A stretch of DNA of 64,000 bases from a virus (taxonomy: Duplodnaviria > Caudoviricetes). The notes beneath the pieces were generated by a model. That model searched no databases. It saw only the letters and a list, made by a program, of their open reading frames with translations, and was not told the origin of the DNA. Below, one piece after another: positions 28,593-36,066 of the stretch. Within the stretch, counting starts at the first letter, position 1, and every line of letters starts with the position of its first letter. The translations under genes and the position numbers were made by a program. The stretch covers positions 17,575 to 81,574 of IMG/VR virus record IMGVR_UViG_3300034410_000474, one strand, 5' to 3'.

Positions 28593-28621
28593 ATTATACA
28601 TCATTTAAAAGCAAATGTCAA
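28593..28621 (-). promoter_or_regulatory. Early sigma70-type promoter
   Basis: TTGACA-TTTGCTTTTAAATGATG-TATAAT. Confidence 0.9.
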
Positions 28622-29290
28622 CTAAATTTTATATATTTCTTTGTATTTTTTTCGAACAGATAAGAAGTGCTCGAGATAGTCAAAGGTATTTACCTTAAAG
28701 ACTTGAGCTTCGTGACCATCTACAGCAATGAGAATTACTGCTTGTTTGATTGCCACGCCTGTTCTTTCTAGGAAAGCTGCAGCGTAAAAGCATGCTTGGA
28801 TAAAGTAACCTTCAATCCATTCTTCCTTTTTAGGTTTACGTGAGGTTTTAAAATCGATGATAGATAACGTACCATCGTATTCAGCTATACAGTCGACCTG
28901 ACCAGCTGTTTTAAGTTTATCGCTATAGAGAAAAACTTCTTGCATCCATACATTATCTAAACGACCGTCTATGACTTGTCGTAAATCATTAAATGTATTG
29001 AGATTAGCAGGCATTTGTTTGCCTCTCCAATCTTCTTTGTTATCGATGTAATCTTCAGCAAGTTTGTGAACTGCTGTTCCACGACCAGCTGCTTGACGAG
29101 AGATCTTATTAGCTTCTTCTTCGCCAACTCGAGCTCGCCATGCCATAATACCTTCTTTTGAAAGTATTCCTAGAACTGTTGTGATTGATGGATATGCGTT
29201 ACCTTCAGGAGTAAAGTATCTCCGGCCTGCTTCAGTAGTTTTCCGAGTTAGAGCCGGTAACTCTATGCCGTGTTCGACGTGTGTAAACAT
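28622..29290 (-). CDS. PD-(D/E)XK exonuclease (Cas4-like fold, T4-like phage type)
   Basis: YPSITTVL, RGTAVH, AGQVDCIAEYDG..IIDFKTS. Confidence 0.88.
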   Translation of the reverse strand: MFTHVEHGIELPALTRKTTEAGRRYFTPEGNAYPSITTVLGILSKEGIMAWRARVGEEEANKISRQAAGRGTAVHKLAEDYIDNKEDWRGKQMPANLNTFNDLRQVIDGRLDNVWMQEVFLYSDKLKTAGQVDCIAEYDGTLSIIDFKTSRKPKKEEWIEGYFIQACFYAAAFLERTGVAIKQAVILIAVDGHEAQVFKVNTFDYLEHFLSVRKKYKEIYKI

Positions 29291-29313
29291 AGTATAGCCT
29301 CATTTTGTATCAT

Positions 29314-29355
29314 ATAGTTGACATTATATCACATAAGAAGCGAAATGTCAACTAT
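29314..29355 (-). promoter_or_regulatory. Early promoter embedded in 12-bp perfect inverted repeat
   Basis: ATAGTTGACATT-N18-AATGTCAACTAT; minus strand TTGACA(29351-29346)-N17-TATAAT(29328-29323). Confidence 0.85.
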
Positions 29356-29358
29356 TTT

Positions 29359-31335
29359 TTAATTCAACGATTCCCACGCGAAACCAGTATATACTTCGAG
29401 CTTTTGGTTACTAGTATTCCAAAGAACCATACCTGCCACTGCTGTAAGCGCGTTACGTTCAGTAGTTGTAAATTGACCAAACTGAACTGGTAATTCATCT
29501 ACAATAACTGCTCTGTTAGTACCTTGGTTATCTGCAAAAACACTAATACCATAAGTACCAGCCGAAGCTCCGCTTACCATCAGGTCAATTCTATCTTCGT
29601 ATGAATTATTTGTACCACCGACTCGTATGGTAGATCTTGTTGTAGTTCCAGCAACGTAACTAATTTCCATTGGCACCGCGCCGTCAGTATTTTCAATTGC
29701 GTATCCAGCTGGATCTAAATCTGCAGAAAGAGTACTTAAATCTGCTGGTTCAAATGTAAATTCAGAAGTTACATCAGAATATGTTAACGTACCACCTGCG
29801 TTTGGAGAACCAGTAGTTACTGAGAAGTCAGAAGCAGAAATTCCGTTATCTGGTCCTTGAAGACCTTGAACAGATTGAATACCTTGGAAACCTTGAACAC
29901 CTTGAGTAGCAATTGGACCGATTAGACCTTGAGTACCTTGGAAACCTTCATTACCTTGAATACCTTGTGCACCAACTCCGTCAGTACCAGTCGCGCCTTG
30001 AAAACCACCTGCTCCTTGTAAACCATTTGGCCCTGGAACAGCTTCACCTTGAATACCTTGTATGCTTAAACCTTGTGTACCCTGAACTCCTTGTGGTCCA
30101 ATATCTCCAACTAAACCTTGAGCACCTGAACCTGTTAAACCCTGAACGCCCGGATCACCAATACCGGTAACACCTTGGATACCTTGAACAGAACCTGCTG
30201 GTCCTTGAACACCTTGAGGTCCATCTGGTCCATCTCCACCATCTCCACCAAGTAATCCTTGAATACCAGTTGTACCTTGGATGCCTTGAGCACCTTCGCC
30301 TTCAGGACCTTCTTCTCCAGGTCCACCTTGAATACCCTGAATACCCTGCAATCCGAATCCTGCTGGACCGTCTGCACCTTGAACACCTTGAGCTCCTGCA
30401 GCGTCTGTACCTTGCATACCTTGGAAACCAGGTTGTCCATCATTACCTAATGAACCTTGAACACCTTGTGTACCTTGGACTGTAGCACCCGCTGGAGCAG
30501 ATGGTCCTTGGATACCTTGAGCACCAGATCCGCCATCGTTACCAGTAGTTCCTTGACTACCGTCTGCACCTTGAATACCTTGAGAACCAAAACCAGTTAA
30601 ACCTCTTTCGCCTTGAAGGCCTTGAACGCCTTGGTTACCAGCGCCTCCGCCACCTCCGCCTTCAGGTCCTTGAATACCTTGGTTACCAGATAATCCAATA
30701 CCGTTTGTACCTTGAGCTCCAGTAAAACCTTGAAGACCGTTTCCGCCAGTTTGACCAGTGAAACCTTGAACACCTTGTGCTCCGCCTCCACCACCACCGC
30801 CATCGGTAATTCCGTAACCTGCTAATGTAGTTGGTGTATTTGTAATTGTGCTCCAATCTTGGTTATGTCCAGATGGAGGAAAAGATGATGGTACGCCAGT
30901 TAAACTTGAATATGCAAAATCTTGAGTAAGACCTGAAGCTGCAATTGTAATACTGTCGTTTGTTGAATTTGTTGTAAGAGTAATATTTGAACCAGCAATG
31001 AACTCTACGGTATCTGTTGCTGTATCTGCGGAAACACTTGCTTGACCTGAAACTGATAAAATACTGAAAGCGTTTTGGTTAACGTCACCGCCACCGCCTC
31101 CGCCGCCAGAACCTAGGTTACCCCAAGCACCGTTTTGATATCCTTCAAAGGAATTAAGACTTGTGTTGTATCTTAAGTAACCATCTGATGGTGAACCGTC
31201 TCTTGCGCTCGTATCGCCGGCTGGAATTTGAATAGATCCTGTTGCACTTGTACGTGGAGCAATAGCATCAAAGTTATCGTCCATTTCGTCATAAGTTAAG
31301 GCTGAGCCTTTATCATTTCTTTTTGTAATTGACAT
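29359..31335 (-). CDS. Collagen-like fibre protein
   Basis: N-terminal KGSALTYDEMDDNF virion-attachment motif; about 320-aa interrupted G-X-Y repeat; C-terminal TTERNAL..GMVLWNT...KLEVY. Confidence 0.85.
   Translation of the reverse strand: MSITKRNDKGSALTYDEMDDNFDAIAPRTSATGSIQIPAGDTSARDGSPSDGYLRYNTSLNSFEGYQNGAWGNLGSGGGGGGGDVNQNAFSILSVSGQASVSADTATDTVEFIAGSNITLTTNSTNDSITIAASGLTQDFAYSSLTGVPSSFPPSGHNQDWSTITNTPTTLAGYGITDGGGGGGGAQGVQGFTGQTGGNGLQGFTGAQGTNGIGLSGNQGIQGPEGGGGGGAGNQGVQGLQGERGLTGFGSQGIQGADGSQGTTGNDGGSGAQGIQGPSAPAGATVQGTQGVQGSLGNDGQPGFQGMQGTDAAGAQGVQGADGPAGFGLQGIQGIQGGPGEEGPEGEGAQGIQGTTGIQGLLGGDGGDGPDGPQGVQGPAGSVQGIQGVTGIGDPGVQGLTGSGAQGLVGDIGPQGVQGTQGLSIQGIQGEAVPGPNGLQGAGGFQGATGTDGVGAQGIQGNEGFQGTQGLIGPIATQGVQGFQGIQSVQGLQGPDNGISASDFSVTTGSPNAGGTLTYSDVTSEFTFEPADLSTLSADLDPAGYAIENTDGAVPMEISYVAGTTTRSTIRVGGTNNSYEDRIDLMVSGASAGTYGISVFADNQGTNRAVIVDELPVQFGQFTTTERNALTAVAGMVLWNTSNQKLEVYTGFAWESLN
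29838..30790 (-). repeat. Gln-rich collagen G-X-Y repeat (QG.QG)
   Basis: Repeated GIQG/GVQG/GAQG/GLQG; DNA motif accttg recurring on + strand. Confidence 0.9.
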
Positions 31336-31760
31336 TACGTTGTTTCCCCTAGATCATTGTAGTATTGGCCCACGTACGAACTAAAACCACTGCTGATTGA
31401 TGTATCTGTTAATTCTAAATAACCTTCTTGTACATATCCGGCAGCAGCATACAATCCACTGTCTGGATATTCTATATTTATATAACCGCTGACAACGTAA
31501 TCTGGGAATGTATAAGCAAGGGTAACTTGACCTGCTGGGCTTACATATCCTGGGTTATCTACAATATAGTCGTCTGCCATATAGGCAAAGAATTCTTTTT
31601 CTGTTGGTGTAAGTAAATAATCATCGATAGTCTCACCTTCAGGTAATGGAGAAGGTGGAGTAAAATTATAAACTAAAGCGTTTAGCGCAGCTCGTGTTGG
31701 TGAACCTGGCGCTGAGTTTTCTATGTCAGCAAATATCTGCGCGTAGTTTAACTTAGGCAT
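31335..31760 (-). CDS. Probable virion protein with YV..GY repeats
   Basis: DYIVDNPGYV, DYVVSGYI, GYVQEGYL; coupled to fibre gene. Confidence 0.55.
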   Translation of the reverse strand: MPKLNYAQIFADIENSAPGSPTRAALNALVYNFTPPSPLPEGETIDDYLLTPTEKEFFAYMADDYIVDNPGYVSPAGQVTLAYTFPDYVVSGYINIEYPDSGLYAAAGYVQEGYLELTDTSISSGFSSYVGQYYNDLGETT

Positions 31761-31763
31761 TTC

Positions 31764-32060
31764 TTATTTCCAAGCAATAACGGTTGAAGATCCGCCGGCT
31801 GATACATTTGGTGGAAATGATCCGTGACCACTTGTAGCATCAAACATTCTATGGACTGGAATACCTTGTGCAGTTACAAAGGCTGAACCGCCAACTGCAA
31901 AGTCGCCGCATGCAGTTGCTCCACCGACAACAACTACAGGAATACCATTAGCTGTTACTCTTGAGTTGGGCGAAGCCACATATGGCGTTGCGTGAAATGG
32001 ATTAGGTGTTGGACTTGCATGTCCAAAGTGTCTATCCACAAATAATCTTGTTACAAACAT
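31764..32060 (-). CDS. PAAR-domain spike-tip protein (gp5.4-like)
   Basis: RVTANGIPVV..G...ACG...GGS..V.AQGIPVHR..D...HG. Confidence 0.85.
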   Translation of the reverse strand: MFVTRLFVDRHFGHASPTPNPFHATPYVASPNSRVTANGIPVVVVGGATACGDFAVGGSAFVTAQGIPVHRMFDATSGHGSFPPNVSAGGSSTVIAWK

Positions 32061-32081
32061 TTTTATATCCTATTAAAGTAA

Positions 32082-32101
32082 GAATGCCCCGAAGGGCATC
32101 C
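32082..32101 (-). terminator. cUUCGg hairpin after phoH (possible leaky terminator)
   Basis: GGATGCCC-TTCG-GGGCATTC followed by weak TTACTTT. Confidence 0.6.
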
Positions 32102-32114
32102 TTGTTTTTGGCTG

Positions 32115-32867
32115 TTAAGCCGCGACTTGTAATCTTTCCTTTGCTAATATATATTCTTTTACGAGTCCTGACCGAACGATATCATCCGGTGTAAACTGAA
32201 TAGTGTCGAAGCTATCCACTCTTTTGATAACGCGTAAAAATTCTTTAAGTCCGGAAACTTCTGCTCGATTCCTAGATGTCGCTAAGTCATCTTGCCTTGT
32301 GTCTCCGCAAAATACAATCTTGGACGATTCTCCTACTCGTGTGATAATTGTATCTAATTCGTGGTATGTCATAGATTGACATTCGTCTACAATAATAATT
32401 GCGTTATCGAATGTTAATCCTCTGACGAATGAGGACGTCATAAACTTAACCATGCCTTTTTGTTGAAGTATTTGATATGCATCTCCACGACCGAATAAGT
32501 CGTTGACGATATCTGAGTAGGGTACTGAATATAGTGCCTCTTTTTGCTCTTTGCTTCCTGGCATGAAGCCTTGTTCGCGTGTCTGAACTGCAGATCTAAC
32601 TACGATGATTTGTTCATATCCTCCTTTCTTAAGTACGTCGTTCAGTGCTAAATACATAGCACACATCGTTTTACCTGTACCTGCTGTCCCGATGGCCGCG
32701 ATATTGTATCCTGAATTATAAGATTTAAACATATCTCCCTGAGTTGGTGTTAATGGTTTAATTTGTCTCATACCAAAGTTTTGATTTAAGATACTTACCA
32801 TGTGCTCCTGATCTCTTGATTGACGTTGTTTTTCTCTTCTGGATAATCTTCGCTGTTTAGCTGCCAT
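32115..32867 (-). CDS. phoH: PhoH-family ATPase
   Basis: GTAGTGKT, GFMPG, SFVRGLTF, IIVDECQ, GDTRQDD, IVRSGLVK. Confidence 0.95.
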   Translation of the reverse strand: MAAKQRRLSRREKQRQSRDQEHMVSILNQNFGMRQIKPLTPTQGDMFKSYNSGYNIAAIGTAGTGKTMCAMYLALNDVLKKGGYEQIIVVRSAVQTREQGFMPGSKEQKEALYSVPYSDIVNDLFGRGDAYQILQQKGMVKFMTSSFVRGLTFDNAIIIVDECQSMTYHELDTIITRVGESSKIVFCGDTRQDDLATSRNRAEVSGLKEFLRVIKRVDSFDTIQFTPDDIVRSGLVKEYILAKERLQVAA

Positions 32868-32910
32868 TGAACTCTCCTAGTTGTTATAGGATACATCATT
32901 CAAATTCAAA

Positions 32911-33147
32911 TTACCAAGTATTGATGTTATTCCTTTTGTGGTGGTGTTTTACGTTTCTGAGAACATCACGAAATCCGTCATCAGGCTTTTTAAGCCCAAG
33001 ACGGTGCGCATCTCCAAGTGATGGAGGGCGTACAATTCTTTGTGATAAGTGCGGGTTATCTAGCTTGAACTGATCAAGCTCTGCGATCTTCATTGTGACT
33101 TCAACAAGATCGTTAGTGTTAGTGTTTTCAAATGTATATGTAGGCAT
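32911..33147 (-). CDS. FmdB-like protein lacking zinc-ligand cysteines
   Basis: MPTYTFEN...; KPDDGFRDVL; SD GGAG favours start at 33147. Confidence 0.7.
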   Translation of the reverse strand: MPTYTFENTNTNDLVEVTMKIAELDQFKLDNPHLSQRIVRPPSLGDAHRLGLKKPDDGFRDVLRNVKHHHKRNNINTW

Positions 33148-33169
33148 ACATTCTCCTATGTTATAATAT

Positions 33170-33201
33170 AAAAAAAGCCAACCCATAATACAAGGTTAGC
33201 T
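33170..33201 (-). terminator. Intrinsic terminator downstream of a late promoter
   Basis: AGCTAACCT-TGTATTAT-GGGTTGGCT-TTTTTT. Confidence 0.7.
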
Positions 33202-33237
33202 TAACGAATTTTTATGTTAGGCTTGTATTACTGATTA

Positions 33238-33245
33238 TATTTATA
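33238..33245 (-). promoter_or_regulatory. Late promoter TATAAATA
   Basis: Exact consensus on minus strand. Confidence 0.75.
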
Positions 33246-33265
33246 ATCGAGCCAAGCTGGAAACC

Positions 33266-33865
33266 CTATTCTCCGGTGATTTTTTGATAAATTTCTTTCC
33301 AGTTTTTAGCTCGAGTTAGACCATCATTCTTAGGATCACGATTAAAAGTGTGATCTACAAGGATTGAGTCTAGTCCAAGTTCGTTACCAAGCCATGCATT
33401 TTCTGGTTTATCTTCGATCCACCAACATCCACTACCACGATACTGTTCCAATGCATCATCTTTATCAGCACCTGTATCTAAGTAGACAAATGTATCGAAA
33501 ACACTTGGTCCAAACATTTCGATTAGATTTTTAGTACGTAAATGCTGAGCATAATAGTCGTTACTTAAAGAACTGATAACACGGAATACGTATCCATGTT
33601 CTTCGTGTAGCTTTTTAACGTACTTGATAGTATCACGTAAAGGTGGTAAACAACGTATCCAAGCTGACTCGTTGAACATTCGAACTAGACGTTCTTTTTC
33701 AACTTCTTCTAGACCATAACGTATTGTAACGTCGTAGCTATTTTCGCCACCTTCGACTGTTTTATAGCCGTGTTTTTCCATCCATTGCGTAAATGAGAAG
33801 AGCCAATCAAGAAGGACTCCATCTACGTCTGTTAAGATTACTTTTTCATTTAGATTCATATTCAT
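33266..33865 (-). CDS. HAD-superfamily 5'(3')-nucleotidase-like phosphatase
   Basis: DVDGVLLDW motif I; WIEDKPEN motif IV. Confidence 0.85.
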   Translation of the reverse strand: MNMNLNEKVILTDVDGVLLDWLFSFTQWMEKHGYKTVEGGENSYDVTIRYGLEEVEKERLVRMFNESAWIRCLPPLRDTIKYVKKLHEEHGYVFRVISSLSNDYYAQHLRTKNLIEMFGPSVFDTFVYLDTGADKDDALEQYRGSGCWWIEDKPENAWLGNELGLDSILVDHTFNRDPKNDGLTRAKNWKEIYQKITGE

Positions 33866-33894
33866 ACTTTCTGTTTAATTTAATTTATATTACT

Positions 33895-33931
33895 ATTATA
33901 ACAAAAAAGGGATTGAATGTCAACCCCTTTT
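33895..33931 (-). promoter_or_regulatory. Early promoter whose -35 lies inside a terminator-like hairpin
   Basis: AAAAAGGGGTTGA-CAT-TCAATCCCTTTTTT then TATAAT at 17-bp spacing. Confidence 0.8.
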
Positions 33932-33952
33932 TCACTTTAATTTGAAATTAAA

Positions 33953-34315
33953 TTATGAAGCGAACTTCATTTTAGCTTGAGTTGGCGAACATTTGTAACG
34001 CTTTCCTGTAGTACCGCATGTGTACTGGTAAGGATAAGCTTTTGCTCTTGAGTTATAACCAGTTAAGGTATCACCATTCGAGTTAGTCATTTTAAGACCA
34101 GCTGATTTTGCCATAGCTTCAAGCATCATATCAGACCTAGTAACACCACCTTTGATTTTAGCTTCTACCTTGATAGTAACTTCAGCATCTGAGAACCGCA
34201 TGTTACCAACGTTAATATCCAAGTTAGCTTTAACAGCGTACTTGTTCATTACTTCTTGCATTTCTGAACGAAGAGCTTTAAGAGTAGATTTGTCAAATTT
34301 AGCATATTTAGTCAT
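33953..34315 (-). CDS. Hypothetical early protein
   Basis: L.GYN.RA..YP motif; own promoter. Confidence 0.7.
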   Translation of the reverse strand: MTKYAKFDKSTLKALRSEMQEVMNKYAVKANLDINVGNMRFSDAEVTIKVEAKIKGGVTRSDMMLEAMAKSAGLKMTNSNGDTLTGYNSRAKAYPYQYTCGTTGKRYKCSPTQAKMKFAS

Positions 34316-34347
34316 AGTATATTTCCTTTTTGATTGATTATGTATAC

Positions 34348-34376
34348 ATTATAAACTAGTTCGAAGCGATTGTCAA
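34348..34376 (-). promoter_or_regulatory. Early sigma70-type promoter
   Basis: TTGACA-N17-TATAAT. Confidence 0.88.
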
Positions 34377-34447
34377 CTGTTATTTCACTTTTATTTGAAA
34401 TTAATTTGAATCGTTTCTAGTAGTCCTTTTCCTCATTTGTTATATAC

Positions 34448-34476
34448 ATTATAAGTCATTTAAAAGGAAATGTCAA
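34448..34476 (-). promoter_or_regulatory. Second early promoter exactly 100 bp upstream, no obvious own gene
   Basis: TTGACA-TTTCCTTTTAAATGACT-TATAAT. Confidence 0.85.
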
Positions 34477-34500
34477 CTGTTTATTTCACTTTAAAGTGAA

Positions 34501-34698
34501 TTATTTTGACTTTTTTGGCTTTCTTTTGATGTTATTGTTGTCATCATACCAACGATCTGAGAACTTTTGACGACGAGCCTCTTTTACTGCTCGCTGCTTG
34601 CCACTTTTGTTCTTACCATTCGTTTTGTAATCTTCGTCAGTACCCCACTCATCATCTTCCCAAGCGTCGCGGAATTTCTTGATGCGCTTCTTACTCAT
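34501..34698 (-). CDS. Small basic hypothetical protein
   Basis: K/R-rich ORF downstream of rnh operon. Confidence 0.55.
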   Translation of the reverse strand: MSKKRIKKFRDAWEDDEWGTDEDYKTNGKNKSGKQRAVKEARRQKFSDRWYDDNNNIKRKPKKSK

Positions 34699-34715
34699 GT
34701 TGATTTACCCTTATA

Positions 34716-35141
34716 TCATTCTTTTATTAAGTTTGGAAATGCTTCTGTTATAACTTTCTTAGATAACCCTTTAAATGGCTTCTTAGATATCATCTGAACC
34801 AGCGTTTTAGCATCGTCATTGTCTACATCTTCTAATAAACTAATGAATAGCTGCTCACGCTTAATTTGCTTCAAATTATCATATCCGCCACCTTCAACAA
34901 AAATTCTTAGACGACGAGCCTCTGAATATAACAGTGCTTTTGCTTCGTCTTCATATTCATTTTCATTCCACGGTGGTGGAGTATCAGGTACTAAGAATTT
35001 AATATTACTGTCATATGTATAAGATATGATAGTTCTCAAAGGCTGATTGTCATGCTTTTGAAGGAATGCTACCTTCGCCTTAGCTGATTTCTCTGCACCT
35101 GCTCCAGCGAGTATTTCGCTGATTGATATTCGTACCGCCAT
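34716..35141 (-). CDS. Conserved T4-like phage hypothetical protein
   Basis: ISEIL, PPP, E.RRL..F..GG, RE..FI.LLE, EAFP. Confidence 0.8.
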   Translation of the reverse strand: MAVRISISEILAGAGAEKSAKAKVAFLQKHDNQPLRTIISYTYDSNIKFLVPDTPPPWNENEYEDEAKALLYSEARRLRIFVEGGGYDNLKQIKREQLFISLLEDVDNDDAKTLVQMISKKPFKGLSKKVITEAFPNLIKE

Positions 35142-35142
35142 G

Positions 35143-36003
35143 TTAAAAGTCCTGTATGTCTGTGATCAAGTGCTTTAATTTCTTTTCTACAAAGAAGTTG
35201 AATAGGCGTTCCCTGCCAACACTTGATTCTTTATTATATGATTCAAGAACTAAATCTTGATACTTTTGTGGAATCTGAGAAAGGTCGATCATCATTTTAT
35301 TACGATGGAATCGACGAAGAGTTTCTTCATCCATAACCTCTGGGCCTTGTGAATAAAGTGCTAGACGCTTTTTAGTCATAGGACTTTGACGTTCACCAAC
35401 AGCCAAGCAATTATCTGGGGATAAGATGTTTGGAACACCATCACCGGTATCACCCTTTAGAATATGCTCATTGAGATAGTTAACGGGCTGATCATTACGA
35501 ATCCAGCGTTTGCGGATAGGATCATACTGATCGACGTTAGCATATTTTTGCAACTGGATAAAATCCTTATCAGCTGAAAGAATCAAGAACTTTTCAGAAC
35601 CAATGTTCAATTCAGATCCATATTCATTAATAACTGCACCGATAATATCGTCAGCTTCACAATGTTCAATATGGATTACTTTATAAGGAAAGTACTCATC
35701 CATTTCAGAACGCACGTTATTCATAATTTGAAATAGTGCATTCCAATCCATGCCTGATTTATCCCTACCAGCTTTACGATTTGCCTTGTAGTAAGGATAT
35801 GCCTCTTTGCGCCACGTATTTTTACCGTCGCAACAAACTACGATTTCACCATACTCTTCTGAGAATTTTTTACGGTTTGATCGTATTGAGTTTAAAAACA
35901 TGTGGCGAATGATATTTTCATCTGCTGCCACATCTGTGTGGTTACCAATGCTTGCAAACAGCGAAGCCAGGATAACCTGATTGTAGTCTACTAATATAGC
36001 CAT
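35143..36003 (-). CDS. rnh: T4-type RNase H / 5'-3' exonuclease
   Basis: ILVDYNQ, YKANRK, EADDIIG, SADKDF.QL, GDTGDGVPN. Confidence 0.95.
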   Translation of the reverse strand: MAILVDYNQVILASLFASIGNHTDVAADENIIRHMFLNSIRSNRKKFSEEYGEIVVCCDGKNTWRKEAYPYYKANRKAGRDKSGMDWNALFQIMNNVRSEMDEYFPYKVIHIEHCEADDIIGAVINEYGSELNIGSEKFLILSADKDFIQLQKYANVDQYDPIRKRWIRNDQPVNYLNEHILKGDTGDGVPNILSPDNCLAVGERQSPMTKKRLALYSQGPEVMDEETLRRFHRNKMMIDLSQIPQKYQDLVLESYNKESSVGRERLFNFFVEKKLKHLITDIQDF

Positions 36004-36037
36004 AATATTTTCCGTTTTAATTTAATCTACATAATCT

Positions 36038-36066
36038 ATAATAAACTATGTAGATGTAATTGTCAA
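36038..36066 (-). promoter_or_regulatory. Promoter of rnh overlapped by 9-bp inverted repeat
   Basis: TTGACA-N17-TATTAT; ATCTACATA(36025-36033)/TATGTAGAT(36047-36055). Confidence 0.7.

Noticed and set aside
23640-28621. Regularly recurring tgtcaac-containing repeats as a CRISPR array
   Set aside because: Spacing is hundreds of bp with ORFs between; each repeat is a -35/-10 promoter.
28622-29290. Cas4-like nuclease as sign of a CRISPR system
   Set aside because: No repeat-spacer array or other cas genes seen; this PD-(D/E)XK exonuclease is a common stand-alone T4-like phage gene.
29913-30803. Several overlapping ORFs inside the collagen gene
   Set aside because: Artefacts of the periodic G-X-Y codon repeat.
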